Source of the DNA: Octopus sinensis
Lineage: Eukaryota
Length of the DNA stretch: 64,000 nucleotides
Assembly: GCF_006345805.1 (NCBI RefSeq)
Contig: NC_042997.1
Span: forward strand, 132,618,001 to 132,682,000
Direction: 5' to 3'
Positions within the stretch are counted from its first letter, which is position 1; every line of letters starts with the position of its first letter. The position numbers and the translations under genes are program-made. This document shows positions 63,896 through 64,000 of the stretch, piece by piece. Under the pieces are notes generated by a model, which was given only the letters and a program-made list of their open reading frames with translations, made no database searches and was not told the origin of the DNA.

Positions 63896-64000
63896 ACTCT
63901 TTTACTCTTTTACTTATTTCAGTCATTTGACTTCGGCCATGCTGGAACACCACCTTTAGTCGAGCAAATCGACTCCGGGACTTATTCTTTGTAAGCCTAG
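63893..64000 (-). mobile_element. SINE C 3' tail, truncated by window end
   Basis: ttactctttt..gtcatttgacttcggccatgctggaacacc. Confidence 0.87.

Overview
This is a 64-kb AT-rich, microsatellite-dense animal genomic window. The repeat content (tRNA-derived SINEs, R4/Dong and Penelope-like retroelements, mariners) looks like an octopod cephalopod; that is an inference, not a database match. No complete protein-coding gene, rRNA, true tRNA or CRISPR array is supportable. Main content: (1) a ~3.5-kb, slightly 5'-truncated R4/Dong-type RLE retrotransposon inside a (TAA)n array (24361-27900) plus older R4 fragments; (2) a ~12-kb cluster of Penelope-like elements (PLEs) at 39.2-50.9 kb with inverted pseudo-LTR structures; (3) about 30 SINE copies from four head families with swapped 3' tails, some in head-to-tail arrays; (4) mariner/maT, hAT, RTE, CR1 and HERO-like fragments; (5) a near-perfect 1083-bp tandem duplication and a ~190-bp-arm hairpin; (6) scattered splice-site-bounded ORF pieces on the + strand that may be exons of an unidentified host gene. 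The most interesting signals are hammerhead-ribozyme motifs in the PLE repeats. One is an ORF-less 550-bp foldback carrying a hammerhead on each strand. Others have a UUGAnAA core, a compensatory U3-A8 version of the C3-G8 pair that a standard CUGAnGA search would miss. Most ORFs in the supplied track are microsatellite artefacts. All coordinates and alignments were read by eye; diverged-repeat boundaries are approximate.
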